Shown here: positions 41,846 through 54,310 of the stretch, piece by piece | How the letters are laid out: every line of letters starts with the position of its first letter | Numbering within the stretch: the stretch's first letter is position 1 | Assembly (NCBI RefSeq): GCF_036321535.1 | Contig: NC_087437.1 | Location: 60,948,001-61,012,000 of the forward strand | Direction: 5' to 3' | DNA from: Camelus dromedarius | Taxonomy: Eukaryota | DNA: 64,000 nt | Notes under the pieces: generated by a model | What the model was told of the DNA's origin: nothing | Database searches by the model: none | What the model saw: only the letters and a program-made list of their open reading frames with translations | Position numbers and translations under genes: made by a program

Positions 41846-42750
41846 CTAGTTACTCTAGACCCAGAGATTCCACTTCTAGTAATTTATCTTGCAAATGGGA
41901 AAAAAATACATATGTACAATTTATTACAGGCTTATTTTTGTAGCAAAAGTGAAAGGAATGTTAAACAAATTATGATATGCTGATACAATGGATACTTCCT
42001 GTGTAACAATATAAGAGAATGAAGGAGCTCTTTGTGTAATTATATAGTAACATGGAGTTATCACCAAGATGTCTTGTTTCAAAATATTTATTTCCAATAT
42101 ATATTGTTAAATGGAAAAGGGGGAAAATGGATATATATGCTAATATACCTATCAACTTCATAAAGTTCTTCTGTAGAAATACATTAAAAAGTGATAACAT
42201 TGGTTGTCTCAGGGAAGAAAACTTAGGCTAGTGTTAAAGGTAGAAGTCTTTTCACAGTTAATCCATTTTGTACTTTTTGAATTTTGAACCATGTGAATGT
42301 ATTATGTATTAAAAGACCAGGAAAAAACCCATCTAACATATTTTGTATGTTGATGTACATCTTCTCTCTAGTACAGTACCACAGTTATTTACACTATAAA
42401 GCGAACTCTCACATATTGACCATATATTTCTAATATTTATTAAACACCAAATGCCATGTGCTAGGTGCTATGAATAACAGAAACATTTTCAAATGTAGAC
42501 CCTGTTCTACAGGTAAAGGTTAAGTGCTGATGCTTTATTTGGGAGATGCAAATTCAGGAAAACCAGAAGGAAGTTACACTTTGGAAGGATGTTAGGTGGG
42601 GAAGGATAAAAAGTATGCAAGATTATGTGTTACCTTGCTGGCTCCTCCTTGAAAATGAGCCATGAGACACACAACAGGTTGCTTGCCAGATACATGTCCT
42701 CGTCTTGTCCCTCTCCGGACACACTGTTTAGAGAAACTATGCCCTAGAAG

Positions 42751-43515
42751 TGTTACTGAACCAAACTAGAGTCCATTTGCCTGTGGCGCAGCAAAGCCAA
42801 TCTACTGACATGGGGTTGTGGTGAAGGGAAGTACAGCATTTATTGCAGGGCACCAAGCCAAGAGAACAGGCAGCTTGTGCTCAAAAGACCCAAACTTCCT
42901 TATGGCTTTCAGGGAACCGTTTTAAAGGCAACATTTGGTGTGAGGGTTGCAGTTCATGGACTTTCTTCTAATTGGTTGGTGGTGAGGTAACATAATGATG
43001 TTTCAGGAATCTTAATCATCAAACTTCTGGTTCCAGCCGGTCTGGGGTCTAGTGCTTGTGGCCAGCATGTAGTCATCATTCTCCACTGGGTGGAGGTCTT
43101 AAGTTCTGCAGAAAAACTCAAAGATATGCATCAGATTGTTGTGTACATCATTTGAGGAGGAACTAGGGCTGTTTTATCACTGAAGTATTGTTTAACCTAT
43201 CATTAGTTTTTCTGTTTGACTGTCTTTCCTTTGTTTCAGCATTCCCTCACTTCCCTAATTAGTAACTGCTTGAGTCTGCTCTTTGCAACTCAGGGAAATC
43301 CTAGGAAACAAATGCCTTTTTTTTACAAATAAGAAATGGGGTACACAGAGGGACTTTTGTCCCCAGGAGAACCCTGCAGGGTCCTGCTCAGTTTCAGTCC
43401 CCCTTTTTCCTTGATACTCCTCAATCCTGTTGGGACAAGAAAGGGCATAAAGTTTTGGATAGAGAGGTTAATGATAAACTTGGCAGGGGAACTCAGTTTT
43501 AGGGGGGCTTGGTTT
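42751..43515 (-). mobile_element. ERV1-type LTR, interrupted near its end by a second LTR
   Basis: tgttactgaacc start; similar to 28918-29566; the final gtttca is displaced to 44246-44251. Confidence 0.7.
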
Positions 43516-44245
43516 TGATATAGGAAAATAGGGTACAAGAGGATGGCCATGTCCCAGGTCTCAGGCAAGTCCATTGGATGTGCCCTGCCAAGTGAGGGTC
43601 TTTGGCTTCACACAGGATAGAATTCAAGAGTGAGCCATAGTTGAGTAGAAGTAGATTTATTTAGAGAGATGCACACTCCACAGGCAGAGTATAGGCTGTT
43701 TCAGAAGGCCAGAGAGGCCATAAGGCATTTGGGGTGGGGGGCTGAGTAAAAGTAGATACACACTCCATGCACAGAGTGCAGGGCAATCTCCAAAGGCAAA
43801 AGAGAGTGATGAGGTGTGGGGTGTTTAAAGTAAAAGTAGATACACATTCAATAGACTGCAGGCCATCTCTGAAGGCAAGAGAGTGACAGATAGAGAGCAC
43901 GGAGTCATCTAGGAAAGTGATATCTGACAAGAGGTGAGTGCATGATTGTTAGTTTTTATGGGCTCGGTAACTTCATATGCTAACAAGCGGGAGGATTATT
44001 CCAACAGCTTTGGGGAAGGGCCTGGGATTCCCAGGAATTGGGCCATCACCCACTTTTTGACCTTTTATGTTCAGCCTTGAAACGGTAATGGCACCTATGT
44101 GAATGCCATTTAGCATGCTATTGTATTACAATGAGCGTATAATGAAGCTCAAGGCCTACTGAGAGTTGATTTGTCCGCCATCTTGGTGCTAACTGCTATG
44201 TCATTCTTTTAATGGTTGTGCCCTGCCCCCTTCCCTCCTGTCCCA
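43516..44245 (-). mobile_element. Nested ERV solo LTR with internal ~83-bp tandem repeats
   Basis: TG...CA termini, 4-bp TSD GTTT (43512-43515 / 44246-44249); three copies of aagtagat..cacactcca..agagt..aggc..aaggc.agagag. Confidence 0.7.
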
Positions 44246-45243
44246 GTTTCAATAGGAAAAAGAAAAGAGAATTTCTCTGTTGTGCTCACTCAGTCCACTG
44301 TTTTCAATTGGCCAAAATTTGCTCTCTGGTGAGTGACACCACCCCCCGTACTTCCAGGATCTAAGCCCTCTTAGCAGCCACTGGGAAGCCAGTGCCTGCA
44401 TTGTTCAGTGCAGTGTTTCACAGGAGTCCAGATGTGGCAGAAGGAGCTAGAGATTCCAAAAATGCAACTGGTCAGGCCCAGACAGAGGAAGGGACTGTGG
44501 GTCCAGAAAGTAAATAAGGCCAAGGAAATCTAAGGAAGCACATAAAATGTACCCATTACACATGACAAAAGTACTGGAAAATAGTAGTATAAGTACAGGA
44601 CTTAAACAGCAAGACTACAATAAAAACCACTATCACTAGGCAGTATATGATGGAGTTCAGAAGAGGGATATTATTGTGTGATGGAGAACAAGTTCCTGGA
44701 GGAAGTGCATTAAATTCATCCTTGAAGTAGGCAAAGCCACAAAGCAACTTATTTGGGATGAATTGAGATTTCAAGCAATAGCCTGAAAACACAAGGTTTG
44801 TACAGCAAGTAGATCACAGTTGAAAGTTTAAAAGAATAATGGGAGATTCTATGGGAAAAGCAGGTTGGGACCATATGGAATTCCATGCTAAGGGATTGAT
44901 ACTATGGACAACTGAATGACAACTAGTTTTCTGAACCTACATTAAAACAAAACAAAAGCTCCCAAAGCTGTCTACAGTGGACCTACACCTCCTTATTTTG
45001 GCTTCATCTGGAAAGCACTCATCTTCTCAACCTGAAAAACCTCAGCCAATCCGAAAGACCTTAAAGACTATTTTCATGCACAATGACTTTCTTTTCTCTT
45101 CTGCCACACCTATTTGACATTTCGTCAAAACTCAGGCCTGGTTCTTTTTTTTTTCCCCCCAAAAATTTTACAATTGTGGTAAAATACACATAAACATAAA
45201 ATTTGTCACCTTAACCATTTTTAAAAATTTTATTTATTTTTTT

Positions 45244-45270
45244 AAGACTAGTCAAGTGCAATAATGAGAA
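45244..45270 (-). pseudogene. RNY1: Retroposed 3' fragment of Y1 RNA
   Basis: Minus strand TTCTCAtTAtTGCACTTGACTAGTCTT, 25/27 match to the recalled Y1 RNA 3' end; A-rich tail 45228-45243; perfect 18-bp TSD CACCTTAACCATTTTTAA. Confidence 0.8.
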
Positions 45271-45959
45271 CCACCTTAACCATTTTTAAGTGGACAGTTC
45301 AGTAGTATCAACTAGGTTCATAAAATTGTGCAATCATCACCACCATTCATCTCCAGAACTTGTAAAACTCTGTACCCTTTAAACAGTAACTCTCCCAGCC
45401 CCTGGCAACCACCATTCTACTTTCTGTCTCTATGAGACTTGGTTCACAGGTACTAACAATCATAGTCTTTATTTAATCCCCATCATTTTCTTAGCCAAAA
45501 CCTACTTTTCCCATACAACTCAATTCAGTAAGATCAGTTGTCAGTACAAGAACTTAATATCAAAGTGGAAAAACTTATTTCAAAATGCATTAAAAGTTTA
45601 AATATTTTCCTTTTTATTTCGATTCTAATTTTGATTGCGCTAGACTGAAATTTAACAGCAAAGTATTTCCTTATAAATGATGCACATGTCGGCTAAGCCC
45701 CCGGATCCTAGCAGCCCTGCAGTTTGTTCTCCAAGTGCCTGTTAAATTGCAGCAAGTTTGCGGGTTCTCTGACCACAGCCTTTCTCTGAGATCAACCTCA
45801 GAGATGCTTTTCCAAGAACTTTGAAAAGCTACCTAAGAGGCTTAGTTACAAATTAACAGAAACAGGCGGGTAGTTTGAAGAGAACTGAGGGAACAATTTT
45901 TAAAATTACTGTTCCGTTTTTTCATTTGTTTTGGGGGTTCCCTTTTTCTGCTCAGAGAC

Positions 45960-46630
45960 CAGTCTTGCGACACTCCCCGGTTGTCGCACCTCTGGGAGTA
46001 GAAATCACTGCGGGCAATTGAACTCCACCCAAACTGAAGCTGCAGTGATTGCGACGCAAGGGGAGGGTCCTCTCCCCGGCCGGAGGGCGGGACGGGCGGT
46101 GTGCGCAGGCCCCGGAAGTCCCGCCCGGCGTACGTTAGTGGTGTCGCCCTTGGTCGGCTCCCTAGGCGGGAGTGGCCGTTTTGGCGGGCATTTGTGACGT
46201 CACTAGCCCTTGTGGCGCTGCTACGGCACCGCCGCCAAGTTTAGGCTTTATGGCTGACCAGAGAGAGAGGAGCGGCGGACTCAGAGCGCCAGGAAGGCCT
46301 CGCGCGGACCCTCGACAACGGCGAAACGGAAGTCCCGCTCCATCGCAGCGCTTCGTCCGGGCGGAAGCAGCGTTCTTCCTCGAGCGGTGGCCCGCGGGCT
46401 TTGCTGCCCTGAGCTAAGGGAGCATCCTCACCTGGTAAGAGGGAGGAGGGGAACTTGGCGCGTGCCTTCTGCGGCGCCAGAGAGCCAGAGCGCGCCGTCT
46501 GCCCTGCCGCAACGGTTGTTAATGCCCAGAAGCAGCCAACGTTCTTTTGTTTTCTTTCCCATGTTCTTAATATGAACAAACACACCGCCTTCCGTGGTCG
46601 TGCTGTTTACCTGGTCCGCAGAACGTCTTT
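45960..46630 (+). promoter_or_regulatory. CpG island promoter / 5'UTR of RNF168
   Basis: CpG-rich; GC boxes, ETS CCGGAAGT 46112-46119, E2F-like TTTTGGCGGG 46179-46188, CRE TGACGTCA 46195-46202. Confidence 0.88.
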
Positions 46631-46794
46631 TTGCTTCAAGACGTTTGATTCTCCCAATCTCTGAATTCTGGAAGACTGCTGGGCATAATATTTAAACACA
46701 ATATTGTTAATTTGCTTTCTGCGTACTTGGGCCGGAAATACGATTCTTTCTCTTTCAGGTGTTGATGTTGAATATGCCTTATTAGCATATTAAA

Positions 46795-47095
46795 ATGGCT
46801 GTACCCAAAGACGCCATCCCTTCCTTGTCGGAATGCCAGTGCCAGATCTGTGTGGAAATTCTAATCGAGCCTGTAACACTGCCTTGTAACCACACGCTCT
46901 GTAAATCATGTTTCCAATCAACTGTCGAAAAGGCAAATTTGTGCTGTCCCTTCTGTCGCCGCCGGGTCTCTTCGTGGACTCGGTACCATACCCGAAGAAA
47001 TTCTCTTGTCAATATGGAACTGTGGGAGATAATTCAAAAACACTATCCAAAGGAATGCAAGCTTAGAGCCTCTGGGCAGGAATCAGAGGAAATAG
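46795..47095 (+). CDS. RNF168: E3 ubiquitin ligase RNF168, coding exon 1 (RING finger)
   Basis: MAVPKDAIPSLSECQCQICVEILIEPVTLPCNHTLCKSCF...CCPFCRRRVSSWTR, C3HC4 RING; donor AG|GTAAGT at 47096, phase 1. Confidence 0.97.
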
Positions 47096-47564
47096 GTAAG
47101 TAAAACCCAGTGTGTTTGTTGGGTTAAAATGGAAAGAAAACCAAAACCAAAAAAATTGCCTGCTTAAAGCCTTAAGTCATTTGAAAAATTATGTAAATAC
47201 TCACAGATGAGCAATAGTCATAGTATAGCAACAGCAAAAATAAGGAAACTACTGGATTCCTGTGTTAATTTTTTTTTTCACTTTCAGTTACTTTCTTTAG
47301 CTTGCTTGCCTGTTATGTCTCCATTTCTTAAGCATGCAGTGAGCCTCAATTATCATTCTGTGGCAGTTCCATGTAGTTCATTCTTTTTTATTCAAAACCC
47401 TCCACAACGTGGATTCTACAACAAACTATACATTAAGCCCCAAACTGTATACTTGACTCTAGCAGCTTGATCACTTACGTGATCAGTTAAGTCATGCAGT
47501 GTTTCTTGTCTGGGCTTAGAATGTGGTGCATATGCCCTGGTGTACTTGCCCTTTTCTGGAATTT

Positions 47565-49680
47565 CTTATTGTGGTAAAGTCTGCCATTTTCACCATTTTA
47601 AAATGTATGATTCAGTGTCATTAATTATATTCACAGTATTTTTCAACCATCACCACTATGTTTCCAAAACTTTTTCATCACTCCTAACTGTTTAACCATT
47701 AAGCAATTACTACCTATTCTTCCCCCAACACCACTGCCCTGCATTTTTCTAATCTCTGTGAATTTGCTTGTTAGATATTTCATATAAATGTATTCATACA
47801 ATGTATGATCTATTTTGTCTGTCTTCTTTCTTTCACTTAGCATAATGTTTCCAAGGTTTATGCAAGGTGATATGTATGAGTACTTCATCCCTTTTTAGGG
47901 CAGAATAATATTCTATGGATATATTATATTTTGTTCTTTCATCCATTGATAGACATTTGGGTAGTTTCCACCTTTTGACTATTTGAAGAGTGCTGATATG
48001 AATATTCATATACAAGTATTTTTTAATATGTTCTCAGTTTTTTTGTGTGTATATATCTAGGAGTGGAATTGCTGGATCACATGGTAATTGTATGTTTGGC
48101 TTTTTGAGGAACTGCCAAAGTTTTCTGTAGTTTTACATTCCCACCACAATTTATAATGGTTCCAGTTTCTCCATATCCTAACCAATACTTGTAACTTTTT
48201 TCTTTTTTAAAAAAATTTTTTTGTAGCCATCCTAGGTGTAAAGTGGTATCTTAGTGTGTGTTTTTTTAATTGTGGCAAAGTATACATAACAAAATTTACC
48301 ATTTTTAAGTGTACAGCCCAGTAGCGTTAAGTACATTCACATAGGTGTGCAACCATCACTACCATCCCTACTCAGAATTTTTCATCTTCCCAAATTGAAA
48401 CTCCATACCCATTAAACAATAATTCTCCAATTCACTCTTCCAGTATCCCTTGGCAACCACCATTTTACTTGCTGTTTCTATGAATTTGACTACTTTAGTT
48501 ACCTCATATAAGTAGAATCATAGTAGGTATTTGTCCTTTTGTGTCTGGCTTCTTTCTTTGCTTTTCATTCTTTCTTGCTTGCTTCCCTTCCTCCCTCTTT
48601 CTTTCCTCTCTTTTCCAGGACAATTCGGCAACTTTTCTTAAAGTATAATTAACTTACATTAGTTTCAGGTGTACAGCAGTGATTCGCTATTTTTATACAT
48701 TACAAAATGATCACCACCTTTCACTTAGCATAATGTTGGAATTCATCCATATTGTAGCATATTTCAGAATTTCATTCCTTTCTATGTCTAAACAATATTT
48801 CATTGTCTGTATTTAACATGTTTTATTTATCCATTCATCTGTCAATGGGTACTTGGGTTACTTTCACCTTTTGGCTTCCACTTATGGGTGTTGTGAACAA
48901 GGCTGCTATGAACATTGGTGTACAAGTGTCTGTGTCCCTGCTTTCAACTCTTGGGTATGTAACCAGAAAGGAAGTGCTGAATCATACGGTAATTCTGTTT
49001 AATTTTTTGAGGAACTACCACACTCTTTGGTAGCAGGGGCACCATTTACATTCCCACCAGCAATGTTCAGGGGTTCCTTTTTTCCATATCTTTGACAGCA
49101 TTTTTTACTTTCTGGGCTTTTGTTTGTTTTTAACACACCTGTTTAATACAGTGGGTGAGAGAGGCTATCTTATCATGGTTCAATTTGCATTTCTCTAATG
49201 ACTAATGATGTTGAGCATCTTTTCATGTCCTTATTGGCCATTTGTATGTCTTTGGAGAAATATCTATTCAAGTCCTATGCTCATTGTTTAATGGGGTTAT
49301 TTGTTTTTATGTTGTTGAGTTGGTGTTTCTTATATATTCTGGATGTTAACCCTTTTTCGGATATGATTATTTTCTCATTCCATGGGTTGCCATTTCACTC
49401 TGTTGTGTCCTTTGATGCACAAAAGTTTTTAAGTTTGATATAGTCCCATTTGTCTATTTTTGCTTTTGTTACTTTTGCTTTTGGTGTCACATTCAAGAAA
49501 TCATTGCTCAATCCATTGTCATGAAGCTTTTCCCCTGTTTTCTTCTAGGAGCTTTACATGTAGTTTTAGATCTTTATTTTGATTTAATTTTTCTATATGG
49601 TTTAAGGGTAGGATCCAACTTCATTCTTTTACTTGTGCATATCCAGTTTTCCCAGTGCCATTTGTTGATAAGACAGTTGT
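47565..49680 (-). mobile_element. Cluster of nested antisense old L1 fragments in RNF168 intron 1
   Basis: Several L1 3'-end and ORF2 antisense motifs (gatgttgagcatcttttcatg; ccagttttcccagtgccatttgttga). Confidence 0.8.
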
Positions 49681-50460
49681 TTTAAAGTTTTTGTTTAGTA
49701 AGTCTCTTGTCTGGACTTCTTTAGGGATGGTTTCTGTTAATTTATTTTGTTCCTTTGAATTGTCCAAACTTTGTTTCTTAGTATGCCTTGTTGACTGGTT
49801 TTTTTGGTTTTGTTTTGTTTTGGAGAAAATTGGACATTTGAATATTATATTGTGGTAACTCTGGGTATCAAGATTCTGCCCTTTCTCTGGGGTTTACCAT
49901 TTTTTTGATTGTTGAAGGCTATAATAATAGTTCATTTGTTACTGAATTTCCCAAACTGTTTTTGCAAAGGCTGTTCCTTATTGTGTGTGGTCACTGAGTC
50001 TGTGTGTTAACTTGTGTTCAGTTAGTGTTCTTTCAGATTTCCTTGAGTGTCAGAAGTCAGCGAGGCAGGGAACAAAACAAAAAAGCACTTCTCTGTCCTC
50101 ACGATGGCTCAGCTCAGTGCTGAGGCTGTCCTTCAGCACTTAGGCAGGCTTGCACTGAGCCGAGGATCAGCCCAAGGTGAAAGCGCAGTGTCTTCTCATA
50201 TGTTTTCTGAGACTGTGTCGTTCCCTGGATCTGCCCTGTTTCCTCCAAAACAAGGAACCAGTGTCCCACTCTGAGAATGTGGGTTTCCCTCTTAAAGACT
50301 GCCACTATACTGAGGAGGACTTGGGGCAAGAACATGTGTCACAAAACTTTCCTACTATTTTGAAGTTGTCTTTTTCTTGATTCACCATTTTCTTGATTGC
50401 TATAAACCTTTGTTTTCCAGAGTTCTTACAGTGTTCGCTCTGGTAGTTTCTGTTTGTTTG

Positions 50461-50874
50461 TTTATTTAATTGAAGCATAGCCAGTTACAATATAGTATAC
50501 AAAGTATAGTCAATGTCAATTTTTAGTGTACAGTCATGCAAATATATGTATTTGTTTTCATATTCTTTTTCATTAAAGGTTGTTGCAAGATATTGGATAT
50601 AGTTCCCTGTGCTATACAGAAGAAATTTGTGTTTTTTAATCTATTTTTATATATAGTGGCTAACATTTGCAAACCTTAAACTCTCAAATTTATTCCTTCC
50701 CACCCTCTTTCCCCCAGTAACCATAAGATTGTTTACTATGTCTGCAAGTCTGTTACTGTTTTGTAGATGAGTTCATTAGTGTCCTCTGCAACGTGGATGG
50801 ACGAGATCGTCATTCTAAGTGAAGTAAGCCAGAAACAGAAAGAAAAATACCATATGATATCATATATGGAATCT
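50461..50874 (-). mobile_element. Short L1 with 5' inversion
   Basis: Antisense 3'UTR 50461-~50786 joined to a sense piece ~50787-50874; TSD-like tctg(t/c)ttgttt. Confidence 0.75.
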
Positions 50875-53867
50875 GCTTGTTTTTTGATGTTTCTATGGAG
50901 GAATGAGAGCTTGGAGCTGCCTGCTCTGCCACTTTGCTGACATCACTCCACCTGGCCTTCTCTTTTAAGTGTTTACCACTATAATTGCTATTGTTTTCAA
51001 GAGAGCCCTTGGACTTGAACTAATCCACATTCTGTTCTAAATAAAGTCAGTTTCTTTGAAGGAAATCTTTGGTGCTCTCAGTTGCCCTTTCCCTGGGCAA
51101 AATCTCAGCCAGTGCTCTGGAGCTAGAGGCAGAGACAGTGGCTTCTCTCTGTAGGAACAAGTCAGTAGACAGGCATAGTAGTCTCTGGTCTCCTTGGCTT
51201 GCATCTCCTAAGAACCTTTTGCTCTGTGAGTGAAAGGTTTGCTCTGTGATGAAGGCAGTGGGGCCCCAGTATTCTCTGCTTGTTGTGCCTGAGTGTGAAG
51301 TGAATGGGGAAAGGGAACCTGCCATCAGCTTCACTCAGCTCTGCAACACTGAGCTGGAAAGGATAAGAAATGCTGATAGTCTGCTCCTCCTGGAGAATGC
51401 TGTACTCCTTGACTGGGAACTGGAGAAACAGGGAGCCCTGTCTTGGCTACAGCCCCTTGGAGTGGAGCTTCCCCCTTGTTGAGTTAGCTAGGGAGAGCAG
51501 GTTGTGGCCTACGTGCCACAGAGTCTCACTTTTCTTACTGAGATTTAGTAGATTTGGGAGGGAAGTGTTTCTTCTTTTGCTGTATGCTCTTAGGACAATT
51601 TCCAGGGACTTTATTCAACCAGCTTTTTATACCTTTCTCCAGTTGTGGTGGTTTTGTTGAAGAACAGGTCTGCAGATCTCACTCTGCTGTTCTGGAAGTT
51701 GATCCCCCAAGTTGTTTTTCGTGTAAATTTTATTGAAGCATAACATATATGCACGTGTGTACAAACCATACTGTAAGAGATTTTTATTAACAACTTTGTT
51801 TCTATAAATTCTGCAGTCTAATGAAATGGAGAAATATTTTGAAATACACAAATTGCTAAAGATTTCATAAAAAGAAATTTATAACCTGAATATCTAAATA
51901 TATGAAAGAAATTTAAGTCAGTTAAAAAACTTTTCCACAAGGAACACTCCAGGCCCAGGTGCCTTCACTTTGTAGATTCTTAAAGTATTTAAGGAAGTAA
52001 TATGACCAACTCTACACACATTCTTTCAGAAAATAGAAGAGAGGGAACACCTCCCACCTCAGAAAGATTTAAATTTACCAAAAAAACTACAACTAGAAAG
52101 TTGTAGTGAGGTTTAGAGAGTTTATCGAGGTGACAGGATACAGAGTCATTATATAAAAATCAATTGTGTCTCTGTTCTAGTAACAAACAAGTGGAAATTA
52201 AAATGAAAATAGACCCCAGCTGATTAAAAGCAAAACAGTAGGAATTTTATAATTGAATTGCCTGGGTGTAAATCAGAACCCTATCATTACTAGATGTGTA
52301 ATCTTCAATAAAATTTATATTTTAAAAAAGTGTGCAAATCATAAGTCTATAGGTCGGTGAATTTTCAAAGTGAACATGTCTATGTAACCAGTACTGTGAT
52401 CAAGATCAGAACTTTCCCAGAACTCCTGAATCCTCTCAGTGGCCCTCACCATTCCTGTAACTACTGTTCTGACCTGCAATACCATAGGTCACATTTGCCT
52501 GTTTCTGAACCTTTTAAAAAATGTAATCCTGTGCTCTTGTGTGTGGCTTCTTTAGCTAATGGTTATATTTGTGAGATACATGTGGTTACAGTTTATTTTC
52601 ATTGCTATGTAGACTATGTTGTATGGATATTAAGTAGAGAAAACAATGAAAAATTCTGTGTCCTGTTTGGTGGCTGTTGTGAATAGTGTTATTGTGAACA
52701 TTTTTATTTGCACTTTGGTGAACACACGTCTACATTTCTGTTGGATACAGAGTGAGATTTGGGGGTCATAGAATGTGGATAAGGTGTTCAATCCTTTCCT
52801 GTGCTGTATGAGAATCTGTTCTTTGATTAGATCTCAAGCTTTGTTCCCCCCAAAACCTAATGAGAATAAGAATTTCCATGATGTTACTAGCTAGCATTGC
52901 TTGTGGTCATAATTATCCCTGATTGACAGATTGCCTCTCTATTAAGAGGAATTATAATGCTTTTGGGGATTTTATACTTTGTGCGTCTCTTAAGTGTAGT
53001 GACCATTGTAACTGAACATGTTCCTTGTGGGGAACCTGTGCCTGTATTGTTGCTACAAGAGATGTTGGCTTCTGTGCAGCAAAGGTTTCCTGGCTTCCTT
53101 GCTTGCGTGCTGTTAGATTGATGCCAAATGTGGCCTTATGGGTCATTTTCTGAGTTTGAATGTTCGGTAGAACATAAGACCATTCCTTGGTGGGTGTTAC
53201 AGGTAGGGTGAGCCTTAGGAGATACTGCCAAGTGGTTTTCCAAAATCATTTTACCAATTTATGCTCCCACCAGTAGTGTCTGAGAGGTATAGTTGCATCA
53301 CATCCTTGCCAACACTTGGTTTTTCTTTCCCTCCCTCCCTCCCTCCCTTCCTTCCTATCTTTCAAGAAATTTTGGTAATATACTTACATTTTTTTCAGCA
53401 TTTTATTGGGAAAAAATTTTTAATATACAGAAAAGTTGAAAGAATTTTATGGTGAACTCTCATACCCATAACCAGATGTGATAGTTAACATTTTACTGTA
53501 CTTGTTGTCATATATCTTTTCATCAGCCATCCATCAATCTCTTATTTTTTTATTTATTTTATTTCCCCTTAAATATACATAGAAGTACACATATTATTAG
53601 AGATCAATATTATAATTTTTTCTTTTAATGTAAAATTTTACATACGTTGAAATGTACAAATCTTAATTTTACCTTCACTGAGTGTTCACTTAAGTATAAC
53701 ATGTAACAAACCCCTATAAAAATAGAGAACCTTACCATCACACCTGAAATTACTCTCATGTCCCTCCCAGTTAATCCCTACTTCAACCCCCACGAAAGTC
53801 AACCACTTATTTTTTCCCACCATAGGTGAGTTTTGTCTGTTCTAAAACTTCATATAAGATAGAATTT

Positions 53868-54310
53868 TATTAGTTTCCTAGGGTTGCCATAACAAACTAC
53901 CACAAATTAAGTGGTTTAAAATAACAAATTTATTTTCTTACAATTCTGAAGGCCAGAAGTCCAGGCACATGTTCTGTTGAAAGCTCCAGGGAAGAATTGG
54001 TTCCATGCCTTTCTCTTAGCTTCTGGGTGTTGCTGACAGTCCATGGTGTTCCTTGGCTTACAGCTGCATAACTCCAGTCTCTGCTTCCATAGTCACATGG
54101 CACTCTCCCTGTGGGTCTTTACATGGCCATTTCTTTTCTGTGTCTCTATCTGTTAAGGACACCAGAGATACTGGATTAAGAGCTCACCCTTCTCCAGTAC
54201 GAATTTAGTTATTTCTACAACAACCTGTTTCCAAACAAGATCGCATTTTGGGTACAGGGGTTAGGACTTGAGCAGATCTTTTGAGGGTGACACAGTTTAG
54301 CCTATAACAG
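53868..54310 (-). mobile_element. MaLR LTR (MLT1B/C-like)
   Basis: tattagtttcctagggttgccataacaaactaccacaaa...ggggttaggactt...cacagtttagcctataaca. Confidence 0.75.
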
